Shown here one piece after another: positions 1 to 11,600 of a stretch of 64,000 bases of DNA; position 1 is the first letter of the stretch, and the number at the start of each line of letters is the position of its first letter. The stretch is from contig OZ241986.1 of assembly GCA_965204375.1 (NCBI GenBank), forward strand, positions 2,432,001 through 2,496,000, given 5' to 3'. The notes below the pieces were generated by a model, which did not search any database, was not told the origin of the DNA, and was given only the letters and a program-made list of their open reading frames with translations. This DNA is from Candidatus Latescibacterota bacterium (GTDB lineage: Bacteria; Latescibacterota; UBA2968). The translations under genes were made by a program, and so were the position numbers.

Positions 1-864
1 TCCCCCACAGGCGATCCCTTCCGCCCCAATATCTTTGTCTTCGACAAAAATTTTAAAAACCCCCGTACCATCAGCACACATCTCGGCCTCGAACGCGAAC
101 TGCATGCAAAGGGAGTCGTCGGTACCTTCGGTTATACATACTCCCGCACCGATAATCTGACGCGCTTTATCAACCGCAACGACGCGGTCTTCGGTTCTCC
201 CTGGTCAACGGGTCTGGGTCCTAATGGCAGCAACGGCGTCGGTGACTTGACCGTGGTCGAGAGCACCGCCAAATCGCGCTACCACGGCCTCAGCTTTGGG
301 CTGCGCCAGATGGTGCAAGACGATTTCCAATTCCAGATGAACTATACCCTATCCTGGGACAAATCCGACGACGACAACGAGCGCGATCCCTTCACCTTCC
401 GCTACGTCGATCCCACACAATTGGACCGCGAATGGGGCTATTCAGACCGCGATCAGCGCCACCGCTTCAATCTGTGGACTCTGACCAGATTGCCCGGCGA
501 TATATTCCTCAACAATCGCGTAAGCTACTATTCGGCACAACCGACCTCAGCATCCTGCAAGGGCCAACCCACGACCAATCCCTGGGGCGCAACCTCTGAT
601 CGTATATGCGCCGACGGCAGCATTATCCAGCGCAACACCCTCCGCAAAGACAACGCATTTTTCTCATGGGACACGCGCCTGTCCCGCCCCATCCCGCTCG
701 GCAACGGCCATCTGGAAGCCATCGTCGAGATCTTCAACCTGCTCAACACAGACAACTTCCGCGACCCCTCCAGCGCGGGCCTGCTCTTCAACTTTGACGG
801 CACCGTACAATCGGGACTCGGCGACCCCCGCGAAGTGCAAATCGGCATGCGCTATGTTTTTTGA
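1..864 (+). CDS. TonB-dependent receptor (Oar-like), C-terminal part; 5' end outside the window
   Basis: Frame is open from base 1 (SPTGDPFRPNIFVFDKNFKNPRT...). Amphipathic beta-strands, EIFNLLN motif and C-terminal PREVQIGMRYVF ending in Phe. Confidence 0.8.
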   Translation, partial: SPTGDPFRPNIFVFDKNFKNPRTISTHLGLERELHAKGVVGTFGYTYSRTDNLTRFINRNDAVFGSPWSTGLGPNGSNGVGDLTVVESTAKSRYHGLSFGLRQMVQDDFQFQMNYTLSWDKSDDDNERDPFTFRYVDPTQLDREWGYSDRDQRHRFNLWTLTRLPGDIFLNNRVSYYSAQPTSASCKGQPTTNPWGATSDRICADGSIIQRNTLRKDNAFFSWDTRLSRPIPLGNGHLEAIVEIFNLLNTDNFRDPSSAGLLFNFDGTVQSGLGDPREVQIGMRYVF

Positions 865-892
865 TTGCGTGAAAAGGCTTTAAAGACTCACA

Positions 893-3217
893 ATGAATAA
901 AAAGACCCTGAACGAAACAGAAATATGCGACCTCTTCATTACCCCTGCGATCAGCAAGGCCGGATGGGATCAGCACACTCAGATCCGCCGTGAATACACC
1001 TTCACTGCTGGTCAGGTCTGCCTCCAAGGCAATCTAGCTTCGCGTGACAGGAGAAGGCGGGCCGACTACGTGCTATTCTACCGACCAAATCTACCGCTGG
1101 CTGTGGTTGAAGCTAAGGATAACCGTCATTTAGTCGGATATGGGATGCGGCAAGCACTTGATTACGCTGAAGCTCTTGATGTGCCGTTTGTATTTTCATC
1201 AAACGGCGACGCCTTCCTGTTCCACGACCGTACCGGCCGGTCCTCCCCAATAGAAAAGCAACTTAGCCTGGACCAGTTCCCCTCCCCGGACGATTTGTGG
1301 CAGCAATACCGGATATGGAAGGAACTTGACGATACCTCTGACAAACTCGCGAGGCAGCCTTACCACGAAGACTTTGAAGGTAAAAATCTTCGCTACTATC
1401 AGCGCATCGCTATTCAGCGGGCAGTTGAGGCTATCGCACAGGGACAGCGTCGAGTGCTGCTGGTCATGGCTACCGGTACGGGCAAGACATTCACTGTATT
1501 TCAGATTATATGGCGACTATGGAAAGCCGAGAAGGTCAAGCGGGTACTGTTTCTCGTGGACCGAAACATTCTCGCAGATCAAGCCGTCACCAACGACTTC
1601 AAGCCCTTCGGGTCGGTAATGACCAAGGTGGGGAATCGCAATATGGACCCAAGCTATGAGGTCTATGTCGCACTCTACCAGGCCGTCAGCGGTAGCGAGG
1701 AAGAGAAGAACGTCTATCGTCAGTTCAGTCGAGGTTTTTTTGACCTTGTTGTCATTGATGAGTGTCACCGGGGCAGTGCCCGAGAGGACAGCGCGTGGCG
1801 GGAAATCCTCGATTACTTTGAACCTGCCATCCAACTCGGCCTTACGGCAACACCAAAGGAGACCACGGAGGTCAGCACACTTACCTACTTTGGGGAACCC
1901 ATTTACAGCTACAGCCTTAAGCAAGGCATTGAAGACGGCTTTCTCGCACCGTTTAAGGTTATGCGTATCGACCTCGACAGAGACTTACAAGGCTGGCGCC
2001 CTCCAGCGGGCATGACCGATGATCTCGGACAAGAGATTGAAGATCGCATCTACAACCAGCACGACATGGACCGGGTGCTAATCCTGAATGAGCGCACTCA
2101 GCGCGTCGCCGAGAAAGTCGTTGAGTATATGTTATCCACCGATCCCTACGGCAAAACTATTGTCTTTTGCGAAAATATTGACCATGCCGAAAGAATGCGT
2201 TCAGCACTGGTCAACGAAGTCGCTAAACATCTGCCAGAGGAGGCCGGTAATATTTCAAAATTTGTAGTCCGCATTACTGGCGATAGCGACGAGGGCCGAC
2301 TCGCACTCGATGACTTCATCCACCCCGAACGACGCTATCCGGTCATTGCCACTACCTCAAAGCTGTTGACGACAGGCGTGGACGTCAGGACCTGCAAACT
2401 CATTGTGATAGACCAGCGCATTGAGTCGTTGATTGAGTTCAAACAGATCATTGGACGTGGAACGCGCATCCACGAAGATATGGGCAAGCTCTGGTTCACT
2501 ATCATGGACTTCAGAAAGGCAACGGAGCAGTTTGCTGATCCGGACTTCGATGGAACTCCGATAGTTATCTACGAACCTCATAGAGACTATCCCATTCTGT
2601 CAGATGATAACGAGAAAAATGGAGACGATAAAGATTTACCGATAGAAGGTGGGACACGATACATAGTTAGCGACGTTGAAGTGCAAGTCTTAGCCGAACG
2701 CGTTCATTACCTGGATCGGAACGGCAAGCTCATCACCGAGTCGTTGACCGACTACACTCGAAAGACCGTCCAGCAGGAGTATGCCACGCTCAACGATTTT
2801 CTAAAGCGATGGAACGAGGCTGATCGGAAGGCGGCCATCATAGACGAGTTGGGCAATCAAGGCGTCCTGTTTGAAGAGTTGCGGTCGCAGGTCGGCAGAG
2901 AATACGATGCATTCGACTTGATATGCCACATAGTGTACGATCAGCCTCTGCTTACTCGACGCCAGCGAGCTAAGAAGGTCAAAGAACGGGACGTTTTCAC
3001 TCGTTACGGCACACAAGCCCGCGCTGTCCTCAACGCTCTAATCGACAAGTACGCGGACGAGGGGCTAACTGCTGTTGAAGACCTCGGCATCCTGCGCGTA
3101 CAACCTATATCCGACCTCGGCACCCCAGTAGAATTAGTCCGGCACTTCGGTGGTAAAGACGAATATATTGCCGCTGTGCAGGCACTTGCCGAAGCCCTCT
3201 ACGACCAAGTAGCATAA
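893..3217 (+). CDS. hsdR: Type I restriction enzyme R subunit (EcoAI/EcoEI-like)
   Basis: Nuclease motif ADY...VVEAK, Walker A ATGTGKT, DECH, LTATP and QIIGRGTR; followed by hsdM and hsdS. Confidence 0.95.
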   Translation: MNKKTLNETEICDLFITPAISKAGWDQHTQIRREYTFTAGQVCLQGNLASRDRRRRADYVLFYRPNLPLAVVEAKDNRHLVGYGMRQALDYAEALDVPFVFSSNGDAFLFHDRTGRSSPIEKQLSLDQFPSPDDLWQQYRIWKELDDTSDKLARQPYHEDFEGKNLRYYQRIAIQRAVEAIAQGQRRVLLVMATGTGKTFTVFQIIWRLWKAEKVKRVLFLVDRNILADQAVTNDFKPFGSVMTKVGNRNMDPSYEVYVALYQAVSGSEEEKNVYRQFSRGFFDLVVIDECHRGSAREDSAWREILDYFEPAIQLGLTATPKETTEVSTLTYFGEPIYSYSLKQGIEDGFLAPFKVMRIDLDRDLQGWRPPAGMTDDLGQEIEDRIYNQHDMDRVLILNERTQRVAEKVVEYMLSTDPYGKTIVFCENIDHAERMRSALVNEVAKHLPEEAGNISKFVVRITGDSDEGRLALDDFIHPERRYPVIATTSKLLTTGVDVRTCKLIVIDQRIESLIEFKQIIGRGTRIHEDMGKLWFTIMDFRKATEQFADPDFDGTPIVIYEPHRDYPILSDDNEKNGDDKDLPIEGGTRYIVSDVEVQVLAERVHYLDRNGKLITESLTDYTRKTVQQEYATLNDFLKRWNEADRKAAIIDELGNQGVLFEELRSQVGREYDAFDLICHIVYDQPLLTRRQRAKKVKERDVFTRYGTQARAVLNALIDKYADEGLTAVEDLGILRVQPISDLGTPVELVRHFGGKDEYIAAVQALAEALYDQVA

Positions 3218-3280
3218 GGTGAAGACGCTTGATCAATGCGTAATACTATCCACCAAACTGAACAAAGGAGAGCCTGACCT

Positions 3281-4783
3281 ATGGCCCTATCCACCACTAT
3301 CAAATCCATCCAGGACATCATGCGTAAGGATGTGGGCGTCGATGGTGACGCTCAGCGCATTGGTCAACTTGTCTGGCTGCTATTTCTCAAAATATGGGAT
3401 GATCGAGAGCAGGAATTAGAGATGCTCGAAGACCATTTCAGGTCTCCTTTGATCGACGTAACCTGGATGGAGGAAGGCGAGACCCGCACCGCTGCGGACT
3501 TGCGCTGGAGTGCCTGGGCCGCTGATCCGGAGGGTGATACTGGCGATAAACTGCTCAGCTTTGTCAACGATACGCTATTTCCCGCGCTCAAGGGCATGGA
3601 GGTCGGATCGCTCGCAGAGGATGCGCGTGTGCTCCGCTGTCGCCTGGTGCGCAGCGTCTTTGAGGACGCTTACCAGTACATGAAATCCGGCACCCTGCTG
3701 CGACAGGTCATCAACAAAATCCAATCCGACATCGACTTCAACGACGCCACGAACCGGCACTTATTCGGAAATATCTACGAGCAACTCCTCAAAGATCTCC
3801 AGGGAGCCGGGAACGCTGGTGAATATTACACGCCGAGGGCAGTGACCCAATTCGCGGTGGATATGATCAATCCTCGCCTCGGTGAATCCATTCTGGACCC
3901 GGCCTGTGGAACTGGTGGCTTTTTGTCGTGTGCCATTGAGCACATTCGCCGGCAGGACGTAAAGACACCCGAACAAGAGGCTCAACTACAAGAAAGTATT
4001 CAGGGCGTAGAGAAGAAGCCTCTACCACACTTGCTTTGCACCACCAACATGATTGTGCATGGCATTGACGTACCAACTGGCATTCAGCACAAAAACTCTC
4101 TGTCCCGTCCACTACACGATATCGGCATGAGTGACCGGGTCGATGTGGTGCTTACCAATCCGCCATTTGGCGGCATGGAGGAGGACGGAATTGAGGGTAA
4201 CTTTCCAGCCCAGTTCCGTACCCGTGAGACCGCAGATCTGTTCCTGGTATTGATCGTGGAGTTACTCAAGCCCGGTGGCCGTGCCGCAGTAGTTCTACCG
4301 GACGGGACCTTATTCGGCGAGGGCGTGAAGACGCGCCTGAAAGAACGCCTGCTCACCGAATGCGAATTGCACACCATCGTGCGCCTGCCCAACGGGGTAT
4401 TCGCACCGTACACCAGCATCAAAACCAACCTGCTATTTTTTGAGAAAGGGAGACCGACCACCGAGGTTTGGTACTACGAGCACCCCTACCCGGAAGGCTA
4501 CAAGTCCTACTCCAAGACCAAACCGATGCGGATTGAAGAGTTTGAGCCAGAAAAAGCGTGGTGGGACAATCGGGTCGAAAGTGAGTTCGCGTGGAAAGTC
4601 GGCATTGACGAGATACGCGAGCGTGGCTTCAATCTCGACATCGCCAACCCCAACGCGGTTGAGAGCGGCCACGGCGATCCGGATAAACTATTGGCATTAT
4701 ATAAAAAGGAACAAATAGAGATGGCAAAAGTGCGGGATCAACTAAAGCAGGCGTTGTCCGAGGCATTGGAGAGAACAGCATGA
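3281..4783 (+). CDS. hsdM: Type I R-M N6-adenine methyltransferase M subunit
   Basis: GEYYTPR, SAM motif DPACGTGGF, catalytic NPPF; GGAG RBS upstream. Confidence 0.95.
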   Translation: MALSTTIKSIQDIMRKDVGVDGDAQRIGQLVWLLFLKIWDDREQELEMLEDHFRSPLIDVTWMEEGETRTAADLRWSAWAADPEGDTGDKLLSFVNDTLFPALKGMEVGSLAEDARVLRCRLVRSVFEDAYQYMKSGTLLRQVINKIQSDIDFNDATNRHLFGNIYEQLLKDLQGAGNAGEYYTPRAVTQFAVDMINPRLGESILDPACGTGGFLSCAIEHIRRQDVKTPEQEAQLQESIQGVEKKPLPHLLCTTNMIVHGIDVPTGIQHKNSLSRPLHDIGMSDRVDVVLTNPPFGGMEEDGIEGNFPAQFRTRETADLFLVLIVELLKPGGRAAVVLPDGTLFGEGVKTRLKERLLTECELHTIVRLPNGVFAPYTSIKTNLLFFEKGRPTTEVWYYEHPYPEGYKSYSKTKPMRIEEFEPEKAWWDNRVESEFAWKVGIDEIRERGFNLDIANPNAVESGHGDPDKLLALYKKEQIEMAKVRDQLKQALSEALERTA

Positions 4784-5622
4784 CGACGCGGGAATTTATA
4801 GAGGTCTTTGATACGATTGTGGAGGCGCCGGGGGGGATTGATCGGTTGAGGGAGTTGGTACTCCATCTTGCGGTGCGCGGGCGGCTGGTGCCGCAGAACC
4901 CGAATGATGAACCGGTGAGTATGTTGATTGCTGAAATTAAGGCAGAAAAAGAACGGCTCCTTAGTAAAAAAATCATTACCAAATCCCGCTACCCCTCCGG
5001 AGTCTCTATTGAACCAAAACCCTTTGAAGTTCCCGAAAAGTGGCAATGGTTTCGCTTGGGTGATGTCGGCGCAATAGTGGGGGGTGGCACTCCGAAGAGC
5101 AGTGAGCCTTCTTTCTGGAGTGATGGTCAAGATATTCCTTGGCTTACACCAGCGGACATGCGAGGACAGTCCTCTCGTTATATCTTGCGAGGGGCTCGCG
5201 ACATTACATCCGAGGGCCTCAATAGATCGTCCGCTCAGATGCTACCAGCAGGGTCAGTTTTGTTTTCAAGTCGGGCGCCGATTGGATATGTTGGTATTGC
5301 AGCCAATCCGCTCAGTACTAACCAAGGCTTCAAATCCTGTGTACCCTATATTCCAGCCATGTCGAATTATCTGTACGTATTTCTCAAGTATGCCGGGCCA
5401 GGAATTGACAAGCAAGCTACGGGAACGACATTTAAGGAAGTGCCAGGCAAAGAATTTGCACTTATTCCGGTACCGATCCCACCTCTTGCTGAACAGCATC
5501 GCATCGTCGCCAAGGTTGATGAGCTTATGGAACTGATTGACCGGTTGGAGCAACACCTCGTTGCCAAAGGGAAGTATCACGAAGCCTTCGCAGCGGCTGC
5601 CATACACCACACAGAAGATTGA
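4780..5622 (+). CDS. hsdS: Type I R-M specificity subunit, half-size (single TRD)
   Basis: LAVRGRLVPQ..DEP, P..W...LG and PIPPLAEQHRIVAKVDELM motifs. Only one TRD in 280 aa; ATGA overlap with hsdM. Confidence 0.85.
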   Translation: MTTREFIEVFDTIVEAPGGIDRLRELVLHLAVRGRLVPQNPNDEPVSMLIAEIKAEKERLLSKKIITKSRYPSGVSIEPKPFEVPEKWQWFRLGDVGAIVGGGTPKSSEPSFWSDGQDIPWLTPADMRGQSSRYILRGARDITSEGLNRSSAQMLPAGSVLFSSRAPIGYVGIAANPLSTNQGFKSCVPYIPAMSNYLYVFLKYAGPGIDKQATGTTFKEVPGKEFALIPVPIPPLAEQHRIVAKVDELMELIDRLEQHLVAKGKYHEAFAAAAIHHTED

Positions 5623-5712
5623 TCTAATTCAGATTTGTCCAAGGTAAGCGATCTTCATAGCTTAGGCGACATCGTTCACATTTTCCTTTTTTATGTCCCA
5701 AGGTGGATAAAC

Positions 5713-7083
5713 TCAACACAATGCAGTCGTATATCCAGGGTTGAGAGACAGAAAGTTTTGGGGATTGGGAACGGCTAAGCGATGATCAACAGAGAGCAGA
5801 TCGAGATCAATCAACTGATAGGGATTCTCGCCGTTTAGAAGGCGTAGCACTTGGGACAATACCAGCGTAGCAGCCACGGTGCCTACGAAGGGTGCGCCGA
5901 CCGCTTTGCCAGCCAGAAGTGTAACGCCGCAACGATCCAGTTCGCCACTTTTGAGCATTTCTTGATAGGCCGGGCGATCCTCAACTGTTTCGGAGAATGC
6001 CGTCGGTTTCCAAATCTCCTTTGCCGAACGTGAACCCGGTAGTACGTGCAGACGTATGGTACGGAAATTTTGTTGTCCTCTACCAAGCCCTGCTTCAACA
6101 ACCAGATCAAATCCTACTTGATCAAGTGCTCGCCTTCCAAGCGCATTATCCAAACCACACAACGCGATAGCTGGTTCTTCATCTTGGCGGTGGAAACTGT
6201 CATCAAACCGTCGCTCTTGTACCGCTGTCGCAAACCCGCGCCGTTCTGCCCAAGCAGCCATGGCACGGGTCTTTTTTTCACCCACCATTGTCGCGTTGCT
6301 CAAAATAGATGTGCTTTCAGTTGATGGAGTAATCTCGTCTATATCTTGCAGCACAAGAGAGAGATTTTCTGGATCCTTATAAGGCAGTAACCCAAGTCCC
6401 CAAAGATACGCTTGTCCTAGATGTCCAAGCCCAATCATCCAAAGTCGCGATGGAAGATAGGTTATCTGAGGTTCGTTTGGGTCAGATGCGAGCCAATTGT
6501 TATCTACTGTGGGTTGCCACAGCGATAGTCCTATCGGTCTTCTCCCCGCTGCAGAATCGCCTCTGTCCACAAACAGGAAGGCTTCATTGATCGCAAGGCC
6601 AGCGGACAGCATAGCCGCCAGTGGTATAGTAGGTCCAGGGGCTGGCTTTAGCACTGAATGAACTGGAAGGATGCCACCTCGCCAACCAGCGGCTGCCGTG
6701 CGGATATGAAATCTAGAGCATCTTGGTTGAGGACCTCCGCCGATAACAATGGTCGGCGTTCCATCATCAGAAGGTTCAAACGAGCCACCGAGTTCTGTCA
6801 CGGCCTCATGGAGCCTGCCCGGTAAAGGTAGTGGTAATTTCAGTGGCACATCTAAGTCGCCTTCTACGGAAACCCCGCCGAGGAATACACGCCGTCCAAG
6901 TGCAACCGCTGTCAACAACGCAATTTGATTGAGTGAATTTTGCGACTCAACTCCGTGGATGGTAAGCGCAAGGCGATAGCCTTGAAAGAGATTCTCAGCC
7001 TCGGCGAGAGTTCGGGCTTTTCCGCTATCAAGTGCGTACTTGACTAAGCGGTGTAGGTAATTGGCGTCTGGTTTGGTATTCAT
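5713..7083 (-). CDS. bilD: ThiF/E1-like ubiquitin-activating enzyme (BilD-like)
   Basis: Degenerate N-terminal adenylation-like domain plus an active one (IGLGHLG, QDID, GEKKT, LCGLDN..GR, EAGLG). Candidate catalytic Cys in DRCG. Last gene of a Ubl-E2-JAB-E1 operon. Confidence 0.8.
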   Translation of the reverse strand: MNTKPDANYLHRLVKYALDSGKARTLAEAENLFQGYRLALTIHGVESQNSLNQIALLTAVALGRRVFLGGVSVEGDLDVPLKLPLPLPGRLHEAVTELGGSFEPSDDGTPTIVIGGGPQPRCSRFHIRTAAAGWRGGILPVHSVLKPAPGPTIPLAAMLSAGLAINEAFLFVDRGDSAAGRRPIGLSLWQPTVDNNWLASDPNEPQITYLPSRLWMIGLGHLGQAYLWGLGLLPYKDPENLSLVLQDIDEITPSTESTSILSNATMVGEKKTRAMAAWAERRGFATAVQERRFDDSFHRQDEEPAIALCGLDNALGRRALDQVGFDLVVEAGLGRGQQNFRTIRLHVLPGSRSAKEIWKPTAFSETVEDRPAYQEMLKSGELDRCGVTLLAGKAVGAPFVGTVAATLVLSQVLRLLNGENPYQLIDLDLLSVDHRLAVPNPQNFLSLNPGYTTALC

Positions 7084-7095
7084 GGACAAATCTCT

Positions 7096-7614
7096 CTATA
7101 GACCGATGTGAAAAAAAGCCCTGCGAGCAGCGGGCGTAATGGTTTCCCAATGCTTCGCACCTTGGTAGCGATAGATACCGATTTGGCGCTTTGATATGGG
7201 ACCTGTAGCGAAGTGAGGAAGAATTAGTGCCAAATGACCTGCCTGTGCAATCATGGGATAAGCGCGATCTGACTCACTCTGCTGCGATCCACCAGGATGG
7301 ACATGAATATCGGCCACGACAACCAACCCTCTCTCTTTGCAAAGTGTCCAGAGCATCCCGAAGTATCGCCCGTCGAAGCGGACTATGCCGGTATCAAGGC
7401 AATGTGGATCGAGATCATCATACAGGACAAAATCAGTGATACGAGCACGTTGATCGTTTTGGTGACCTAGTAGAAAAGCACCGCTTTCCCTAGACTTACC
7501 GTGTCCCCGCTCCCGTAAGCAGACCAGCAAACGCCGCCAAAGAAACCAAGAACAGGACAACTCATGTCGCGGTGCAAAGAGGCGACGTATAGTCTCCGCT
7601 ATGAAGAAGTTCAT
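7096..7614 (-). CDS. bilC: JAB/MPN metalloprotease, deubiquitinase (BilC-like)
   Basis: JAMM motif: RESGAFLLG ... DIHVHP...QSESD. Start placed at ATG 7614, overlapping the E2 3' end. Confidence 0.85.
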   Translation of the reverse strand: MNFFIAETIRRLFAPRHELSCSWFLWRRLLVCLRERGHGKSRESGAFLLGHQNDQRARITDFVLYDDLDPHCLDTGIVRFDGRYFGMLWTLCKERGLVVVADIHVHPGGSQQSESDRAYPMIAQAGHLALILPHFATGPISKRQIGIYRYQGAKHWETITPAARRAFFHIGL

Positions 7615-8035
7615 GGACGATCTCCAAGTATTGAACAATGCCTTCTACCGGACGCCAGATTTTTGACGGTATCTCGGTTCTCCAGTTTTCATGCCCAGCG
7701 AAGCTTTCACGATCACAAGGCAGGTACAACGCAGAGCCATTCTTCCAGTCAGGGCGAAAAACTGCAGAAACGCGGCCACCTTGGCCTTGTGGCCAGAGAC
7801 TGAATTCCAAGATGGTATTTTGCTCGGGATCCCATGGGCCACCCGTAGGCGGGGTTTGTGGATACCCCTCGCAGTTGAAGCGCAACACATATTGACGCTT
7901 ATCCTTCGCGGTCACTGAGATCAAGGCAAAGGGCCAGTCAATACGAATCAGGCACCAGCGTCCTTCTACTTGTCCAAGGCGGAACGCAGCCTTGGACAAG
8001 TCAGACTCGAATGCCCGCTGGTCGGGGGTACTCAA
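7562..8035 (-). CDS. bilB: Prokaryotic E2 conjugating enzyme (BilB-like)
   Basis: UBC-like [13 protein letters not shown] segment and candidate catalytic Cys in ALYLPCDR; lies between the Ubl and JAB genes. Confidence 0.75.
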   Translation of the reverse strand: MSTPDQRAFESDLSKAAFRLGQVEGRWCLIRIDWPFALISVTAKDKRQYVLRFNCEGYPQTPPTGGPWDPEQNTILEFSLWPQGQGGRVSAVFRPDWKNGSALYLPCDRESFAGHENWRTEIPSKIWRPVEGIVQYLEIVHELLHSGDYTSPLCTAT

Positions 8036-8541
8036 GCTATGCCTCCAGTTGAGCCGTTCACCCTCTCGTCAGGAGTAAGGTCAAATGCCTGGCTGCAATC
8101 AAGACAATCCACCAGTGTGCCGATATGCGTCCCAGGGGTCGGCCTTTCGTGAGTGCCTACGATTTGCAGAGCATACTCACCGGCGTCTTTTGGCTCCATT
8201 CCAAATGCCTTTTCTGCTGCCCAACACTTGACACGGGCGATGGTCGCACTTGGCCCGAAACTGTGATCAACTGTGTGGCCATTGAAGGTCACGCTGACTT
8301 TGACGAGACAACAGCGATTCAGGTGGATCTTTATACCCGTCTCCTCAACGCAATCAATCACCTTCCAGTCTTCGTCAAGTGGTTCATCTTTGTCCTCCAA
8401 GAAGAGACACACGTCGCTGGCGAGGCTGTGCTTGTCGATCAACTCAGCCTTGACTATTGCGAATGTAGCGTCGTCTTCAACTTCGACATGCTGGATCTCG
8501 CGGATCCCTTCACACTGGTAAAACAGATCGAGTGTATCCAT
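8032..8541 (-). CDS. bilA: Tandem ubiquitin-like (ISG15-like) protein BilA
   Basis: Two ~80-aa beta-grasp-like halves joined at HLNRC; C-terminus [10 protein letters not shown] followed by a 6-aa tail; AGGAGG RBS; first gene of the operon. Confidence 0.75.
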   Translation of the reverse strand: MDTLDLFYQCEGIREIQHVEVEDDATFAIVKAELIDKHSLASDVCLFLEDKDEPLDEDWKVIDCVEETGIKIHLNRCCLVKVSVTFNGHTVDHSFGPSATIARVKCWAAEKAFGMEPKDAGEYALQIVGTHERPTPGTHIGTLVDCLDCSQAFDLTPDERVNGSTGGIA

Positions 8542-8601
8542 AATACTATCCTCCTAAGAGCTAGAGCGAAGCTCCATTGCCCGTCTCTGCTCTTCACTTT
8601 A

Positions 8602-8633
8602 TTAATCGAATGAACAGACAGAAAGCGGAAAGC
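8602..8633 (-). promoter_or_regulatory. Putative alternative-sigma promoter of bilABCD (GCTTTCCG-N17-CGATTAA)
   Basis: Identical boxes and spacing also occur at 13612-13643; this copy is 61 nt upstream of the bilA ATG. Confidence 0.7.
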
Positions 8634-8646
8634 TTTAAAAAAATTT

Positions 8647-11600
8647 TTATGGGAGAGTTAGTGGTCCGCGAGGCGTAGCAGCACAGACAAAAAAATGCGG
8701 GCATCGCGGGCATGTAAATTCGTCGATATTGGAGGGAAACCATCCTTGCGTAATCTCAGCCAACATTTCATTAATCTTACGTCGGTGATTTTGGAGTCTT
8801 GTCGACGAGATCGGCACATTGTCGGATATCCCATCTACAAGGTGCAGCGCTCGAATCACCGCATCGGTACCAAAGTGTTCTTGACCGGCCAACATGTATA
8901 ATATGTAGTCAAGACGGCTATATTCATTACTACGCTTGTGACCAGGGCGAACCTTATATAAAGCGACTTTTTTGTTAGGTAAATCGGTGATCTCATTTGG
9001 TTTTACAAACACGCGACCATTTGGAAAATCTACTGCTAACGGTTCAGCCTCACGGGAATGCCATCCAGTTCTGGCTCTAATTAGGGTACCGACTAATTGC
9101 AAGGCGAGGCGGCGGTATTCGTCAGCGTAAGTATGTGCAACGGGCCCGTGTTTGCTCCAGATTATGTCGAATGTGGCTTCAGCTTCGGCGAGCGTCGGTT
9201 TGACTTCGCGCCAGCGCTCGGATACCCATTGTATTAGTTTGTAGAGACAATCATGGGCTTGCGAATAGGCAGTCGATTTACGAGCACTACCAAGGCCCAA
9301 TATATGGGTGTAGAAGAAACGGCGAGGACATTTCTCATAGGAAATAAGCTGACTGTCTGTGACGTGCCATTCGGTAGATTGCTCCACTTGGATAGGTATC
9401 GGACTTTGTATGTTAGCTGGCCGCGGCAAGACCACCGGATGGACAATTTTGTCGATTGTCCTATCTGGTAGCCAATCTAAGAAAGGAGATGATGATCGGT
9501 TCTTGCCACTGACACTTCGACGTGCTAAGTGGAGGCGCAGATAGGTCCGCGCTCGCGAGAGCGCAACGAAAAACAGGCATTCCTCCTCGTTTTGGTGGTT
9601 CAGCTTGGCCTCTTTAGTGACTGAAAAACCATCTACCCCTTCAATCATGCCGACTGGCGGTGGGCATCGCACGCCGCGGTACGACGTTGGCAAGCTCGAA
9701 ACCGTCAGTCCGGGTACATGGACCGCTTCAAACTCCAGACCTTTACTACCATGAATGGTCATCAGCCTCACTGCATTCATACGGAGTGCGGCGACAGGCA
9801 CTTGACGTAAATCTCGCTCTTCAGCGAGTAGTACGAGCCGACGGATACGTTCTAGCGTTCGCTGAATCAGTAAACCCGTGCCACTCGGAATCTGCTCGCG
9901 GATAAAATTAAGGAACTGCCAAACTGCAATACTCCGAATGCGGTCAGTGACCATCGTAGCTTGGGCCATCTCACGGACGAGGCTAGTGCGGTCAAGCAGA
10001 TACGTTGAAAGAAACTCCCAAGCGGACAAGTTAGTAGAGAGTCCCGATAGGTCCTGCGCGAGACGAGTAAGTGCTGACGCACCTTCAGGAGAGATACCTT
10101 GAGCCTTAGCGAGTGTTTCTATACCCGAAAGGGCTGGCTGATTGCTCTCTCGCAAATAGCGCGAGGCGGTATAGGCATCTTGCAACGAGAGACCGTAGCG
10201 CGGCATTGCTCCTACCCGCGTAAGACCATCACCAAATGGATCAACCGCAAGGCTTAGAAGTGCTAGTAAATCACGCACTTCCTCGCGCTCAAACAAGCTA
10301 CCGAGATGAAGAGAAGGAATGCCGTATGCTTCAAGTGCTGTGGCGATTTCACTAAGACGACGGTTTGAGCGACAGAGTACGGCCTGATCGCGAAGGGGAA
10401 CGCCAGCACATTCGAGTTCTCGAATGCTTCCGGCGATACCTCCGACTTCGTCGTCGGGTGTGTTGTAACATCGGACTTCTGGTTTTCCGGGACCAATGCC
10501 TCGGTCAGCATCAAGGTTGAGTGGTAACATGTCCTTGGATTTGGATGCACCCATCTGGGGAGCTACAGCAACGAAACTCGCAACAATCTGCTCCGTTGAT
10601 CTGTAGTTGGTAGTAAGTTGATCAATTACGGCCCCAGGATAGTCGTCGCAAAAACGAGCCATGTTGGTAGAGGACGCTCCCCGGAAGCGGTATATGGACT
10701 GGCGTGAGTCTCCAACTACCCACAGACGCTTGCCATCACCGGCGACTGCTTTCAACAAGCGTGCGCTCGCCCGGTTTACATCTTGGTACTCATCAACCAG
10801 AAGATGTCGGTGCCGCAATTGAACTGCGTGCTTGATTGCCGGATCGGATTCCAATAGTAGTACAGGTTGCATAATGAGATCGCCAAAGTCGATAGCATCT
10901 TGTTCACTCATAACGCTTTCATAGAGGTCGTATATATCGGCGATTTCCAAACACTTCTCGGCTGCTATGCGAGCTTCATCGTCGCATGCAGATGATCGCA
11001 TAGCCTCAGCGAGCTTGCGATAGTGGAACCGATCAGCAAGTTCATCCTTAGCCCGCGAGATGGCAGGAATTACATCTCGTAGTACTATCGTTGGGTCCCA
11101 GAAGTTGCGGTAGTGGACAAGGGGCAAAGTCGGAAGGATATCTTCAAGCATCTCAATCGCATCACTGCGGTCTAACAAAATTGGATCAGGGGATAAGCCA
11201 AGGCGGTCATGGTGTCGACGTATCAGATCAAGCCCGAAAGCATGGAATGTCCCAATCCAAATACGTTCAGCGGCCTCGGGCACTATGGCCATAAGTCGTT
11301 CCAGCAGTTCGCCAGCGGCTCGGTTTGAGAAGGTCAGGACGAGCAAAGCGGAAGGATCAATACCCTCTGCTATAAGTGATTCTACACGCTTTACTAACGT
11401 CCGCGTTTTTCCCGTTCCCGGCCCAGCCTGAAGCAGAAACGGGGCGTTGCGGTGTGTAGCTGCACGGTCCTGTGATGGATCCGAGATCAATGTCTGGATT
11501 GAAGCCATGGTAGAAGTTTCACCTTCTACTGTTTCATCTTCTACCGTGGGAAGTAAACAGGCATCAAATATCTGCTGCCGAACGAGTGCCTTTGGCAGAT

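Noticed and set aside
4830-4836. G7 tract in hsdS as a phase-variation site
   Set aside because: Short, in frame and explained by Pro-Gly-Gly codons; no evidence of variation.
5713-8541. CBASS type II interpretation of the E1/E2/JAB genes
   Set aside because: No CD-NTase or effector nearby; a separate tandem Ubl and the Ubl-E2-JAB-E1 order fit Bil.
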